From NCBI RefSeq assembly GCF_018350175.1, contig NC_058368.1, positions 231,200,001 through 231,264,000 on the forward strand: a stretch of DNA of 64,000 nucleotides, given 5' to 3'. Each line of letters starts with the position of its first letter. Within the stretch, counting starts at the first letter, position 1. The notes under the pieces were generated by a model. It was not told where the DNA came from. It worked only from the letters and a program-made list of their open reading frames with translations, and ran no database searches. The DNA is from Felis catus (lineage: Eukaryota). A program made the position numbers and the translations under genes. This document shows positions 48,886 to 59,069 of the stretch, in pieces.

Positions 48886-49204
48886 GTATGTATGCGGTTC
48901 TGTTTCTTCACTTCATGGAAACCTCTGTGATCTATCTTGATCCCTTCAGGGAAAACAAAACCACAACACCCTGACCGTGTGCTAAGCTGTCGATGTCCTT
49001 GTCTCGCTGGGCACAGGTAGATGGGGAATGTGAATCACACGGACCTAAAACAGCACCTGGAGGCCACCGCTCCCAGCCCAGTCCAGCCAGCAGGCTGCCC
49101 GGGGCTGGGGTTTCTGTTGCCCAACGGGGTCCTTTGGGTGGAGACAGAACACGAAAAATGAGCAAAGCCGCCCGTGATCTACAAAGCCCCCTCACAGGCG
49201 TACA

Positions 49205-49360
49205 AGTCCTCTCTCCTTCAGAACGACCCCCTGAGGTTGGGCAGTGCAGGGTGCTGTCTCTTCTTCAGGTCAAGAAAATGAGGCTAAAAGTGGGTAAGCG
49301 ACCTGTTAAGGTTACAGGGCCGACCGGCACTTGAACTTGGATTCTTCTGACCCAGGCTTC
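49205..49360 (-). mobile_element. MIR fragment
   Basis: caggtcaagaaaatgaggct...gggtaagcgacctgttaaggttaca core-like motif. Confidence 0.6.
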
Positions 49361-50040
49361 AGGGTTCCTTCGACGCCGGGAAGGAAGAGCTGTGCTCCTC
49401 CATCCCTGGTGATGACCTTTATTTTCGGAAGCAGGTCTCTGGCCAAAGCCGTGTTGACCCACCCTCCGGGGTTGACGGGATGGGGGGGGGGGGTGTTTGA
49501 GGACTCAGTGGACTGGCTTGTTTTCTCTGTGCGGCCCATTTCAGAACCTGCAGTAGACCTTCCCCTCCGGGCAGGGGGCAGGGGAAAACTGCTTAGTCAT
49601 GGTGACTGGACATGCTCCCCAGATGTACCCTCTGACCGGAGGCTAACTCTAAAGGCCAGCTGAGCGTTGCGACTCCTCCAGGGGGTCGGGGACACCCCTG
49701 CGCTCACCACCCCGCCCCTCCCGGGCCCATGCCTCCCGGGTCTCCATCCTGTGCCATCAGTCTCGTGGGGAGGGCGCCCCGTCCGACTGCCTCGTCATCT
49801 CGGATGGGCTGGGCTGCGGGCGGCCGTCAGAGGCCGTGCACCTACGCTTGTGAAATCCCAAGTGGTGTGGCCTGGTGCCAGCTGGCCTCTCGGATGTGAT
49901 CAAAGCTGGCTCTCGTGGGCACCACTTTTCTTTTCCTCTGAAGCAGACTCTCCCTCGTAGCCCGGGTCTTAATGAGCGTCAGCAAATACCGAGTGCCGCC
50001 AGCTCCAAAGCGAAGGTCAGTTGACGTCCCTTTTTTGCAG

Positions 50041-50148
50041 AGCCATCCTTCCAGACTTCTTTGTGGGCCAAGAACCCTGGCAGCCTTCTGGGGACTGGTC
50101 CACCTTCCCGGACTGGTTGAAAACAAGAGACGCCAGGAAGATCGACAG
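50041..50148 (+). CDS. CMBL: CMBL coding exon 2 (gene exon 3)
   Basis: ttttttgcag|A GCC ATC CTT...; encodes [35 protein letters not shown]; donor AG|GTAAGT; 108 nt. Confidence 0.97.
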
Positions 50149-51007
50149 GTAAGTTATCACCCGTGTTTGTGCTCCCCCTCCTGCCCGCCCCAGGGCCCCT
50201 GGAGAGCAGAGAAGCGCGTGTGACATCACCACTTGGGCGCCCACCCTCCCTCCCCTGTGGCAGGACTTCCACGGACACATGCTTTTGTGCAGCACAGAGT
50301 GTGTCCCTGGAGGTGAGGTCCCGGCAAGGGCTCCTGCGGTGCCAGCAGGCTCGTCTGCTTCCGCCTTCCAGAAACTTCATGGCACTGATGCCAGGGGAAC
50401 TTGGCGGAGGTGCTGCGTTGCGGGCGGTACGATTTCCCTTGACAAGGGGGCTTTCGGGGTCCACAGGGTGGACGTTCCTTCCTTCCTGTCCTGGCTGCGG
50501 AACCAGCTGAGACAACGGGGAGAGAAAAGACACCAGAGCCAACACCAGCCCCGGCTCCGTTAGCGCTCAGCCGGTTGGAAACCCGAAGGGCCGTCCCCTC
50601 CCCCCAGCCGAGACCTGCCCCTGCTTCCCCCCTCCACCCCCGCCCCGAGACTTTGGGTCTTTACGCCAGGGCTAGACTGCCATCGTGCCAGGACCCGGGG
50701 AGCAATGAGAGGAAAAGTGGGGGATCCCCCAGGATCTCAGCCTTTTAGGAAATTAGCTCCAGGAGTCCAGAAGCAAGGACCAGACCTCCCAGCTGCCAGT
50801 CACACACCCTCTTCTGTCTGGACTCAGGGTGGACGGGGAGAGGGGCAGGATTGTTCTCTGGTGCCCAGTTCCTCCTGAGCAAGTAAACGTGAGCCCAAGG
50901 CAAAGGAGCTTCCCCACCACCAGCCTTGACTCTCACCTTGCCCACTTGTCCTGAAAGCTGTCCTTCCCTGTCACCTGACTTTCTCCCACCATGCACCTGA
51001 GCCTTGT

Positions 51008-51240
51008 TTTTGTTTTTTTTTTTTATTTTTTTTTTTTAATGTTTGTCTATTTTTGAGAGAGACAGAGACAGAATGTGAGTGGGTTAGGGGCAGAGAGAGA
51101 GGGAGACACAGAATCCGAAGTGGGCTCCAGGCTCCGAGCTGTCAGCACAGAGCCCGACGTGGGGCTCAAACTCATGAGCTGTGAGATCATGACCTGAGCC
51201 GAAGTCGGACGCTCAACCGACTGAGCCACCCAGGCACCCC
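51008..51240 (-). mobile_element. CanSINE
   Basis: TSD gagc(c/t)ttg. Confidence 0.92.
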
Positions 51241-52224
51241 GAGCTTTGGTTTTGATAAACTGCTCCCCCAGCCCAGCTTGGCGGGACTGCTCATAATGTG
51301 GTCCCCTGCCTGTGGCCGCTGGGTCCCTGGGACTGTCTGTTCTTTTCTTCTATCACCAGAGTGCCCTCCAGAGCTGGCCCCTCCTTCCACTGGGCTGGTG
51401 GGCCCCAAGCAGACCTGTGCCCGTAGCCCCAAGGGGCCTTGGGTCCTGCTGAGTGCCCCTTCCTGCTTCCCCGGCCCTGCCTCACTCCCCGCACTCACTG
51501 GACCACCTTCTTTTAGGGGCCTGTGCAGGGTGGCAGCGCGTTGTGGCTCAGGCCAGGGTCATCCTAGGGTCTCCCTGTGCAGCTTGTGGGGCATGGGAGG
51601 TGCTGCCCGCTGCCTTGGGAGCTCCCGGCAGGCGTGGCCGAGCACCCGGGCTGTGTTAACAAAGTCGTCGCCCAGTCCCTCACTGTCCTTGGGATGGCCT
51701 CCGGTGTCAGCTGCCTTGTTTTTCTCTGCCCCATCCTGAGGAGTCTCCCTGGGATGAAGGCCTGGCTCCCCCACCGCAAGTCAGGGGCACCTCCAGGGGC
51801 CAGGGCGCTCCAGGCTCCCCTGGGGAACTGTCCGAGGCCTGCGTGGAGCTTGCCACTGCTAGGTTCTCCCGTGCAGACCCCACTTCCTTCCCTCCTCTCC
51901 CTCAGTGCTGGCCCTGAGATTCCTGGAATAACTCCCCTGCATGCTTACCTTTCCCAAGTCCCTCCTGGGGGACCTGCAACCTCAACCTGAAACCCCAAGA
52001 AAAACAAAAGGAAGCAAGAAGTTCAGAGCAAATGAGAATTAGAAGCACAAGAGGCTGGGATGTGAATGCAGAAATTCAGCTTTGCATGTGGGGCCGGGGT
52101 GGGGGAGGGTAGCTGTGTGGGCCTGCCTTCCATTCGTGAGCACAGAGCAGAGGGGTCGTTTCTGGCAGGTGTGGGAGCAGGCCAGTGGGACTCTGCCACA
52201 GGGGAAAAGGAGAGCTATGCACTT

Positions 52225-52447
52225 AAAAAAAAATTTTTTTTTTAATGTTTATTTCGAGAGAGAGAGACAGAGTGCGATCAGGGGAGGAGCAGAGAGAGAG
52301 AGAGAGCGGGAGACACAGAATCCGAAGCAGGCTCCAGGCTCTGAGCTGTCAGCACAGAGCTTGATGTGGGGCTCAAACTCATGAACTATGAGATCATGAC
52401 CTGAGCTGAAGTTGGACGCTTAACCGACTAAGCCAGCCAGGCGCCCC
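52225..52447 (-). mobile_element. CanSINE
   Basis: Full reverse SINE. Confidence 0.9.
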
Positions 52448-53109
52448 TAAATAAAAATGAGACATTAAACAGAAACACTGACTTTGAAAGGAGACTGAAA
52501 CCCTTGTGTCTGGTCAAGTGTCTTTTGTTTGCAAGTAACAGAAAACCCATCTTGACTGCTTACTGTTTACATAGTCATGGGATATTTTGGTTTATAGAAC
52601 TGAGAAGAGGTCGTTTCTGGCTTCAAGCAGGGGTTGGTTCGCAGTGCAGAAAGTATCCCCAGGACTTGCCTTCCCAACGTGTCTCCACTCCACATCCTGT
52701 GCCCTGGCTTCATTCTCAGGCAGCTTTTGCCTCTGGGTGGCAAGATGGCTGCCGCAGCTCCGGCCCCCACATTGGTCTCTTTTCCCGCAAGCCAGTAAAA
52801 TTCTCATTTTGCCCTGATGGTTATGACTCAGTCACAGGTCCATCCTTCAACCAATCACTGTGGCCAGGAGATTGCTATACTCTGGTGGTCAACCTGACCC
52901 ACATACTTCACTCCTGGAACCTAGGGCAGAGTTCCCAAGGTATAAGAATCAAGCATGGGTTGGGGGAGAGGTTCATCCAAGGCTAAACTTTGGTGCTCCC
53001 AGAAAAGTAGGGAACACGTTCAGAGCAGCACGAGCAAAGGCCTGTTCACTCGAGTTACCGTATTTTTATGGAAATGGCCTCTTTCTTGTTCCCTCCAATA
53101 AAGGCAGTT

Positions 53110-53332
53110 CTTTTTTTTTTTTTTTATCATTATTGTTTATTTAATTTTGAGAGAGAGAGACAGAGCGTGAGCTGAGAAGGGGCAGAGGGAGAGACACACA
53201 CACAGAATCTGAAGCAGGCTCCAGGCTCTGAGCTGTCAGCACAGAGCCTGACGCGCGGAGCTCCAGCCCACCGACCGAGAGATCATGACCTGAGCTGAAG
53301 CTGGATGCTTAACCGAGTCACCCGCGCGCCCC
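53110..53332 (-). mobile_element. CanSINE
   Basis: TSD aaggcagtt. Confidence 0.9.
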
Positions 53333-54261
53333 AAGGCAGTTATTCTTGCGATCAAAGCATTGAAGGAAAACCTAAAGCCCCAAATGTCAAAAACCATTGC
53401 TTGTTCCATTTCAGTTTGCAGAATTACTTAATTTCTGCTAACATTATGAAAATAACTGCACGCAGTGGTATGATACACGTATTTAAATGTGCTCAAGGAT
53501 ATGCTATGACTAAAGGAGAAAGGAAGGAGGAAGTGCAATGGGATGGCTTTCTTTTTCTTTTTCTAACTTGTAAACCACAATTCTTCCTTATCAGATCAAG
53601 CAGGACTTTCGGGCTGGCCTCGAAGCCCTTGCCTCCGTTTGGGTGTATTGCTTTTAGTTGAAAACGCAGAGTTCCAAACAATCAATTTGCAAATGACCCA
53701 TTTACCAGACTGGGCCACTATTCTTGGTCCTCTCCTGGCTTAAATAGTCCTGGTGGCTTTCCAAATCCCCCCTCTGCTCTTTGGGGACACCGGAGGGAGG
53801 AGTCCGGAGGTGCTGAGTTGGGATGTTAGCTGAAGGGGTGAACGTGCCAAGTTAGAGAGTTAGGGGAGCCGCCCAGTTGCGGCCGGTGCCTGCCAGAGGA
53901 CGGCGGGCCGGGGTGCTCGCGGGGGGTGGATCTTGGGATCAGGCCTTAGGAGGGGTGCTTTGGCCTTTGGCCTTCATCCGGAGGCCGAGGAAAGCCAGAA
54001 CTCTGCTTCCAGCTGGCATGCGAGCTGGTCTGATGTGTGGTTTGCTGAGAGCCCTCTGGCAGCCCTGACAGGTGGTTGGAGGAGGCTGGGCTCGGAAGGG
54101 AGACCCGTGGGGAGACGGGTGGGGGGATGTGCGTCACTCAGGCAGGACGAAAGTAGGAAATCTCAGAACGTCAAGGAACAGCGGATGCCGAAGCCCCTGT
54201 TACTGTTGGTACAGCACTTGCTGTCCAGCTCACTCCCCAGGGGGCTCACAAAATCCCTCTT

Positions 54262-54265
<4 letters not shown>

Positions 54266-54305
<40 letters not shown>
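54266..54305 (+). repeat. (TG)n microsatellite
   Basis: About 20 perfect units. Confidence 0.95.
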
Positions 54306-54307
<2 letters not shown>

Positions 54308-54339
54308 CATCGTCGCCTCCCCGGCCACCACCCCGCCCC

Positions 54340-54958
54340 TATTTTATTGAAATATAATTGACACATAATGTTGTATAAGTTTAAGGTGTACAATGTGCTC
54401 ATTTAGTACATTTATATACTGCAAAAGGATCGGCACCATAGCCTTAGCCCACACCCGGTCCTGTTACATAGTTGCCGTTTCTTTTTCATGGCGAGAACAT
54501 TTAAGGTCTACCCTTTTAGCAGCCTTCAAGTCTATCACACGGTATAGACTGAGGTCACCGGCTGCACCTTACACCCCCAGGCTTGTTAATCTTCTTTTTT
54601 TTTTTTTTTTAATTTTTTTTTCAACGTTTATTTATTTTTTTGGGGACAGAGAGAGACAGAGCATGAACGGGGGAGGGGCAGAGAGAGAGGGAGACACAGA
54701 ATCGGAAACAGGCTCCAGGCTCTGAGCCATCAGCCCAGAGCCCGACGCGGGGCTCGAACTCACGGACCGCGAGATCGTGACCTGGCTGAAGTCGGACGCT
54801 TAACCGACTGCACCACCCAGGCGCCCCTGGGCTTGTTAATCTTCTAATTGGAAGTTAATGTCGTCTGTCCAGTCTCTCTCCCACGCCCCACCTCCGGTAC
54901 CCACTCTGCTCTCTGTTTCTCTGAGTTTGGCTTTTTAGGTTCCACATATAAGTGATCT
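54340..54958 (-). mobile_element. L1MA-like 3' end interrupted by a young SINE
   Basis: ttttattgaaatataattgacacataa...gagaacatttaaggtctac...ggctttttaggttccacatataagtga. Confidence 0.7.
54595..54827 (-). mobile_element. Young felid SINE
   Basis: Perfect TSD ggcttgttaatcttct. Confidence 0.93.
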
Positions 54959-54993
54959 GAATCTGTTGATTCTTGGATAACTTTCTGTTCTAG

Positions 54994-55136
54994 AGAGGTC
55001 GATGCTGTCTTGAGGTTTCTGAAACAGCAGTGTCACGCTCAGAAAATCGGCGTCGTGGGATTCTGCTGGGGCGGAGTGGCTGTCCATCACGTGATGATGA
55101 AATACCCAGAATTCAGGGCAGGGGTGTCCGTCTACG
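54994..55136 (+). CDS. CMBL: CMBL coding exon 3 (gene exon 4) with nucleophile elbow GFCWGG (Cys132)
   Basis: ttctag|A GAG GTC...; encodes [47 protein letters not shown]; donor G|GTAAAT; 143 nt. Confidence 0.97.
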
Positions 55137-55467
55137 GTAAATCTGCCTTGTGCATTTTACGCGATGGGAACAGGAGTGGTTGAGGGACACCCGGGAGCCT
55201 CTTCCCAAACTAACGGTTCGGGGAGCAGCATAGACCCCGCTGTGCAGAGATGGCCCGTCTTGAGGGAATTGGCTTTAAAAATGTGAGCGTGGAGGTGGAG
55301 GTTGGTAATGCAGTAACCAGAGGAGTCACCTAACCCAGGTCTCAATTTCTTCACCGAGGATGAAGGGGGTCACATTTATTTCTGTGATAATGGTGAATAT
55401 CAAACAATATTCTTTACGAGGAACATCTGTGAAGGTATTTTTCCAAGATAGCAGTTATTTTCAACCG

Positions 55468-55469
<2 letters not shown>

Positions 55470-55507
<38 letters not shown>
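55470..55507 (+). repeat. (CA)n microsatellite
   Basis: About 18 perfect units. Confidence 0.95.
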
Positions 55508-55509
<2 letters not shown>

Positions 55510-56172
55510 CACACAATATAAAGGAAGGAAAGAAAAGGAAAAGTGATTCTAAAATGTAAGCAGCAGCATAAACATTGTAGCCAAACCAACCGCACGTATG
55601 ATAGCAATGAGATAAGAACATTCCATCTCTATATAGAAATGGCATACTAAGTTCACAGTGTAGAAGCATTCGGACCATAAAAATGTTAAAAAAAAAAAAG
55701 AAAAAAAGATGTGGAAGGCAATTTGGCTTTCTTTCGTGATAGTATAATGTACAGTTACACAAAGGATTCTTATTTGGATTAATGGTTTCTTGCTGTGGCA
55801 TTTTTGCTTTTAGCAAGAAAAAAAAAAACCCTTTAAATAGTAACTTACCCCAAAGTTAATAGTCAGTTGTCAGCTGCCGCTGTGCAGAGGGGGCTGGCTG
55901 TTCCGGGCCGTTCGGTGCCCTGGTGTGAAATAGCCTGGTGGACGCCTCGCCAGCACCCCCTGCTGGCCGCTGTTGCACACTGCATGAGCTGCCAGAGCCC
56001 GGCGGGACTCCAGGGCGTCAAACCTCGGTCCAGCCACACAGTGTGGCCTTAACAGAGCGTGGCCATCTGTCCTGTGGCTCCCTGCTTCTAGAGACGAGTT
56101 CCAGGTTGAGGGGAGGCTCCCTGGGCTCCCGCAGGAAATGGAAACAGAAGATTTCCATTATTTTCTCCCTAC

Positions 56173-56563
56173 TGACTGGGACCCTGTCCTGCACCAAACT
56201 CGAGTCAGGCTCCACGGTGAGTCTTCCTTCCGAGGAGGCCCCAACCGGGCTCTGACATTGGCCCATTGGGGCAGTTCAGAGAGAACCCCCTACTTTTGAT
56301 GTCTGTCCAAGTTCCTCACACCCCGCCTTCCGTCTCTTGTCAGCAAGAACCCTGTCCTATCACCTGGCCAGAATCCGTCTTACCCCAGTGTTTCCTCTTC
56401 GTAATTTTCTGCCCACTGCCCCGCACCCTGCTCCTTGGCCGTAAATCCCCGCTTGTCCTTGTATTTGGGCGGAGCGATCTCTCTCCCCTCACACCCTCCT
56501 GTGCGGTGGTCCCCTTTGAATACAGCCTCCTTACCAAGTGTCAGCGTAATCTTTCCTTTAACA
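56173..56563 (+). mobile_element. MER31-like ERV1 LTR
   Basis: TG...CA ends with ctac/ctat flanks; accaaactcgagtcaggctcc, cagcaagaaccctgt, gtttcctcttcgtaattttc; homologous to the reverse copy at 39.5-40.0 kb. Confidence 0.65.
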
Positions 56564-56600
56564 CTATGGTTCTTCTTAGAGGGGCAACATATGGTACCTC

Positions 56601-57354
56601 TTTTGCTTATTTTCCTGTAGGAGGGGGCACACCCACGGTGGTTGTCCCCAAGGCAGGACAGGCTTCTGACCAAATGCTCTGTGATTCTGAAGGATGAAAG
56701 GTAACTTTTGCAGACGGACCAGGTGGCACATCTGAGACTTGACACTCGTGGTCTGGTCTGGGCACGGTTACCCCGTGCAACACTGTATGAATGAGGCCCC
56801 TCGGCATACTGAGGCCAGAAGCCATGGGGCTTGTGTGGACCTTGAGAAACTTCTAGAACAGTGGTGGTCAGAAGGTGCAGATGGGGAGCCGTCACTTCTT
56901 TGTAAATGAAGGCGTGCCCCACGAGGAGGGAGCATTTTCGGGGCTGCTTCTGTATCTTTGCGTGCAAAGCCGCTGCAAGGTCTAATTCCATTATTTGTGG
57001 CCTGACCCAGTGAAGGAGGTGGAGAGCAGGAAAGTCCGGCCATTTGCGTGGAATTGCTAGAAAGAAAATAAACAAAACCCCCAAAGCACAGATTTTACTT
57101 TGAAAAAAAATCAAGCCAAACCCACATGGTTTTCTGAGGCGCGTGTGTGGAAATCCTACCCCCGTGTCCCTGTCCCCAATTTCCAGGCATCATCAAGGAT
57201 TCTGAAGATGTGCACAGTTTGAAGAACCCCACGTTGTTCATTTTTGCCGAAAATGATGCTGTGATTCCTCTTGAGCAAGTAAGTTGGTATCTTTTCTCAT
57301 TTCTTTCTTTTTTGCTTATTTTCCTGTAGGAGTGGGCACACCCACAGTTGTTGT
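56601..57354 (+). repeat. Pair of 45-bp direct repeats (56601-56645 and 57310-57354) flanking CMBL exon 5
   Basis: 42/45 identical by manual alignment. Confidence 0.85.
57187..57278 (+). CDS. CMBL: CMBL coding exon 4 (gene exon 5) with catalytic Asp179
   Basis: ttccag|GC ATC ATC...; encodes [30 protein letters not shown]; donor CAA|GTAAGT; 92 nt. Confidence 0.97.
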
Positions 57355-57359
57355 TTCGA

Positions 57360-57539
57360 TTTTTACTTTTTGAGAGAGAGAGAGAGCGAGTGAGCTCAGG
57401 GGAGGGGGAGAGAGAATCCCAAGCAGGCTCACACTCAGCATGGAGCCCGACGCGGGGCTCAATCCCACAACCCTGAGATCATGACCTGAGCCGAAATCAA
57501 GAGTCTGATGCTTAACTGACCGAGCCACCCAGGTGTCCC
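57360..57539 (-). mobile_element. CanSINE
   Basis: Reverse SINE about 80 nt after the exon 5 donor. Confidence 0.88.
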
Positions 57540-57788
57540 TCATCTCTGTATTTAATGACATGATTTGACCTTTCGGGGAAGATGTCTCAAAGGGTTCATT
57601 TGTTCCTCCAAACATTCTCAACATGAAAAATTTAAAGATGGGTTTTATTGGGGAATTTAGGGATTGTAATCCTCCGAATGTGCTCTTGGTGGGGCCTGGT
57701 TACTGGGCATAGAAGCTCGGCCTCCCCATCCTCCCACATGGAACCCGGGAGTTCAGATAAAGTGTGTTCTTAAAGACATGAGCGTGTT

Positions 57789-57897
57789 GGGGATCCCGGC
57801 TGGCTCCGTCGGTGGAGCATGCGACTCTTGATCTCGGGGTCGTGAGTTCGAGCCCCATGTTGGGGATAGAGTTTACTTTAAAAAAAAAAAAAAAAAG
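57789..57897 (+). mobile_element. Short CanSINE
   Basis: tRNA-like head + A-tail; TSD acatg(agc/ggt)gtgtt. Confidence 0.85.
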
Positions 57898-58340
57898 AAA
57901 AGAACATGGGTGTGTTAAACCCAATATGTTGATAAGAAAAAAGCAGAAAATTGTGGTTCAAAAGCAGTCGCTTAGAAATTGTTATTATTCATAACTAATA
58001 CACTATATTAATATAAACTTAAAACAATTTATGCTTGACTATATTGAGTATTTTGTTATATATTGAATGAGTATTATATTATATATTGAATGATAGACAA
58101 AAGATACTAATTTAATTTCAAGAAATTGATATTTATCGAATTTTTACATTGCTTGGGATGCTCTTTGCCAGAGCCGAGGACTCTTAGTTGTCAAATTAAA
58201 AGTAACAAATTCACAGTAGCTACGGAACTTAAGGCACCGATGTTAGACTTCTTTTATGAGCATTCAGAGAGGATTTAGAGAATGGAAAATATTACCAGAT
58301 TGTTAAAGTCATACTGTCATGAAATCTTCTGCATTATCAG

Positions 58341-58520
58341 GTCTCTTTGCTGACCCAGAAGTTGAAAAAACACTGCAAAGTGGAATATCAAATTAAAACA
58401 TTTTCTGGGCAAACCCATGGCTTCGTGCATCGAAAGAGAGAAGATTGTTCAGCCGAGGACAAGCCCTATGTTGACGAGGCAAGAAGGAATTTAATTGAGT
58501 GGCTGCACAAGTACGTTTAG
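58341..58520 (+). CDS. CMBL: CMBL last coding exon (gene exon 6) with catalytic His212 and stop
   Basis: ttatcag|GTC...; encodes [59 protein letters not shown] then TAG; exon lengths sum to 738 nt. Confidence 0.97.
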   Translation, partial: VSLLTQKLKKHCKVEYQIKTFSGQTHGFVHRKREDCSAEDKPYVDEARRNLIEWLHKYV

Positions 58521-58613
58521 CAGGGGCCAAGGGTACACTTTCTCAGAATAGCTCGCATCCAGAAAATTGCTTTGGGATACTTGGGTCATTTAATTTTTAC
58601 TATCTTGATATAA

Positions 58614-58619
58614 AATAAA
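58614..58619 (+). terminator. CMBL: Candidate proximal poly(A) signal of CMBL
   Basis: AATAAA about 94 nt after the stop codon. Confidence 0.45.
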
Positions 58620-59022
58620 TCCAGGAATCCTGAAATTCATTATTCCATCTCAAACATAAATGCAGTAGGAAATGTTGATGCATGATACAATTTAATTTTG
58701 AACACACACACTAAGGGAAAAACAGGTCAGTACCTGAAGAATTCGAATGGTAGAGTTAATATCCTGTTAGCAAAAACCTAGGGCTGTTTATGGACCAGCT
58801 GACAGCTCAGCCATGGACTTCGTGGTTCTTCATTAAGTACATTCTTTAAAACGATGGGTGTGGCAGAGCCATGAAGAACATGAATTGTAAACTCAGATTC
58901 AAAGCCCAGCTTCCTTGGGCATTTGTCTGTCTTAATACGGATGAGTCGGTCATGTTCGTGGATTGCACTGTGAGAAATACTGAGGCTAAAATAGGGTTTC
59001 GTTGACCTAATTATATTGAGCC

Positions 59023-59069
59023 AATAAACTTACTTTCTGAATGTGTGGCTTTTTCTAAAAGCTAATAAA
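59023..59069 (+). terminator. CMBL: Candidate distal poly(A) signals of CMBL
   Basis: AATAAA at 59023-59028 followed by a GT/T-rich stretch, and AATAAA at 59064-59069. Confidence 0.45.

Noticed and set aside
48886..48940. ORF-track extension of CMBL (YVCGSVSS...)
   Set aside because: Read-through into the intron past the GTATGT donor; the real frame continues at 50041.
56380..57114. Longest ORF in the track (244 aa, minus strand)
   Set aside because: Intronic, antisense to CMBL, overlaps an LTR, non-ATG start and no recognisable homology.
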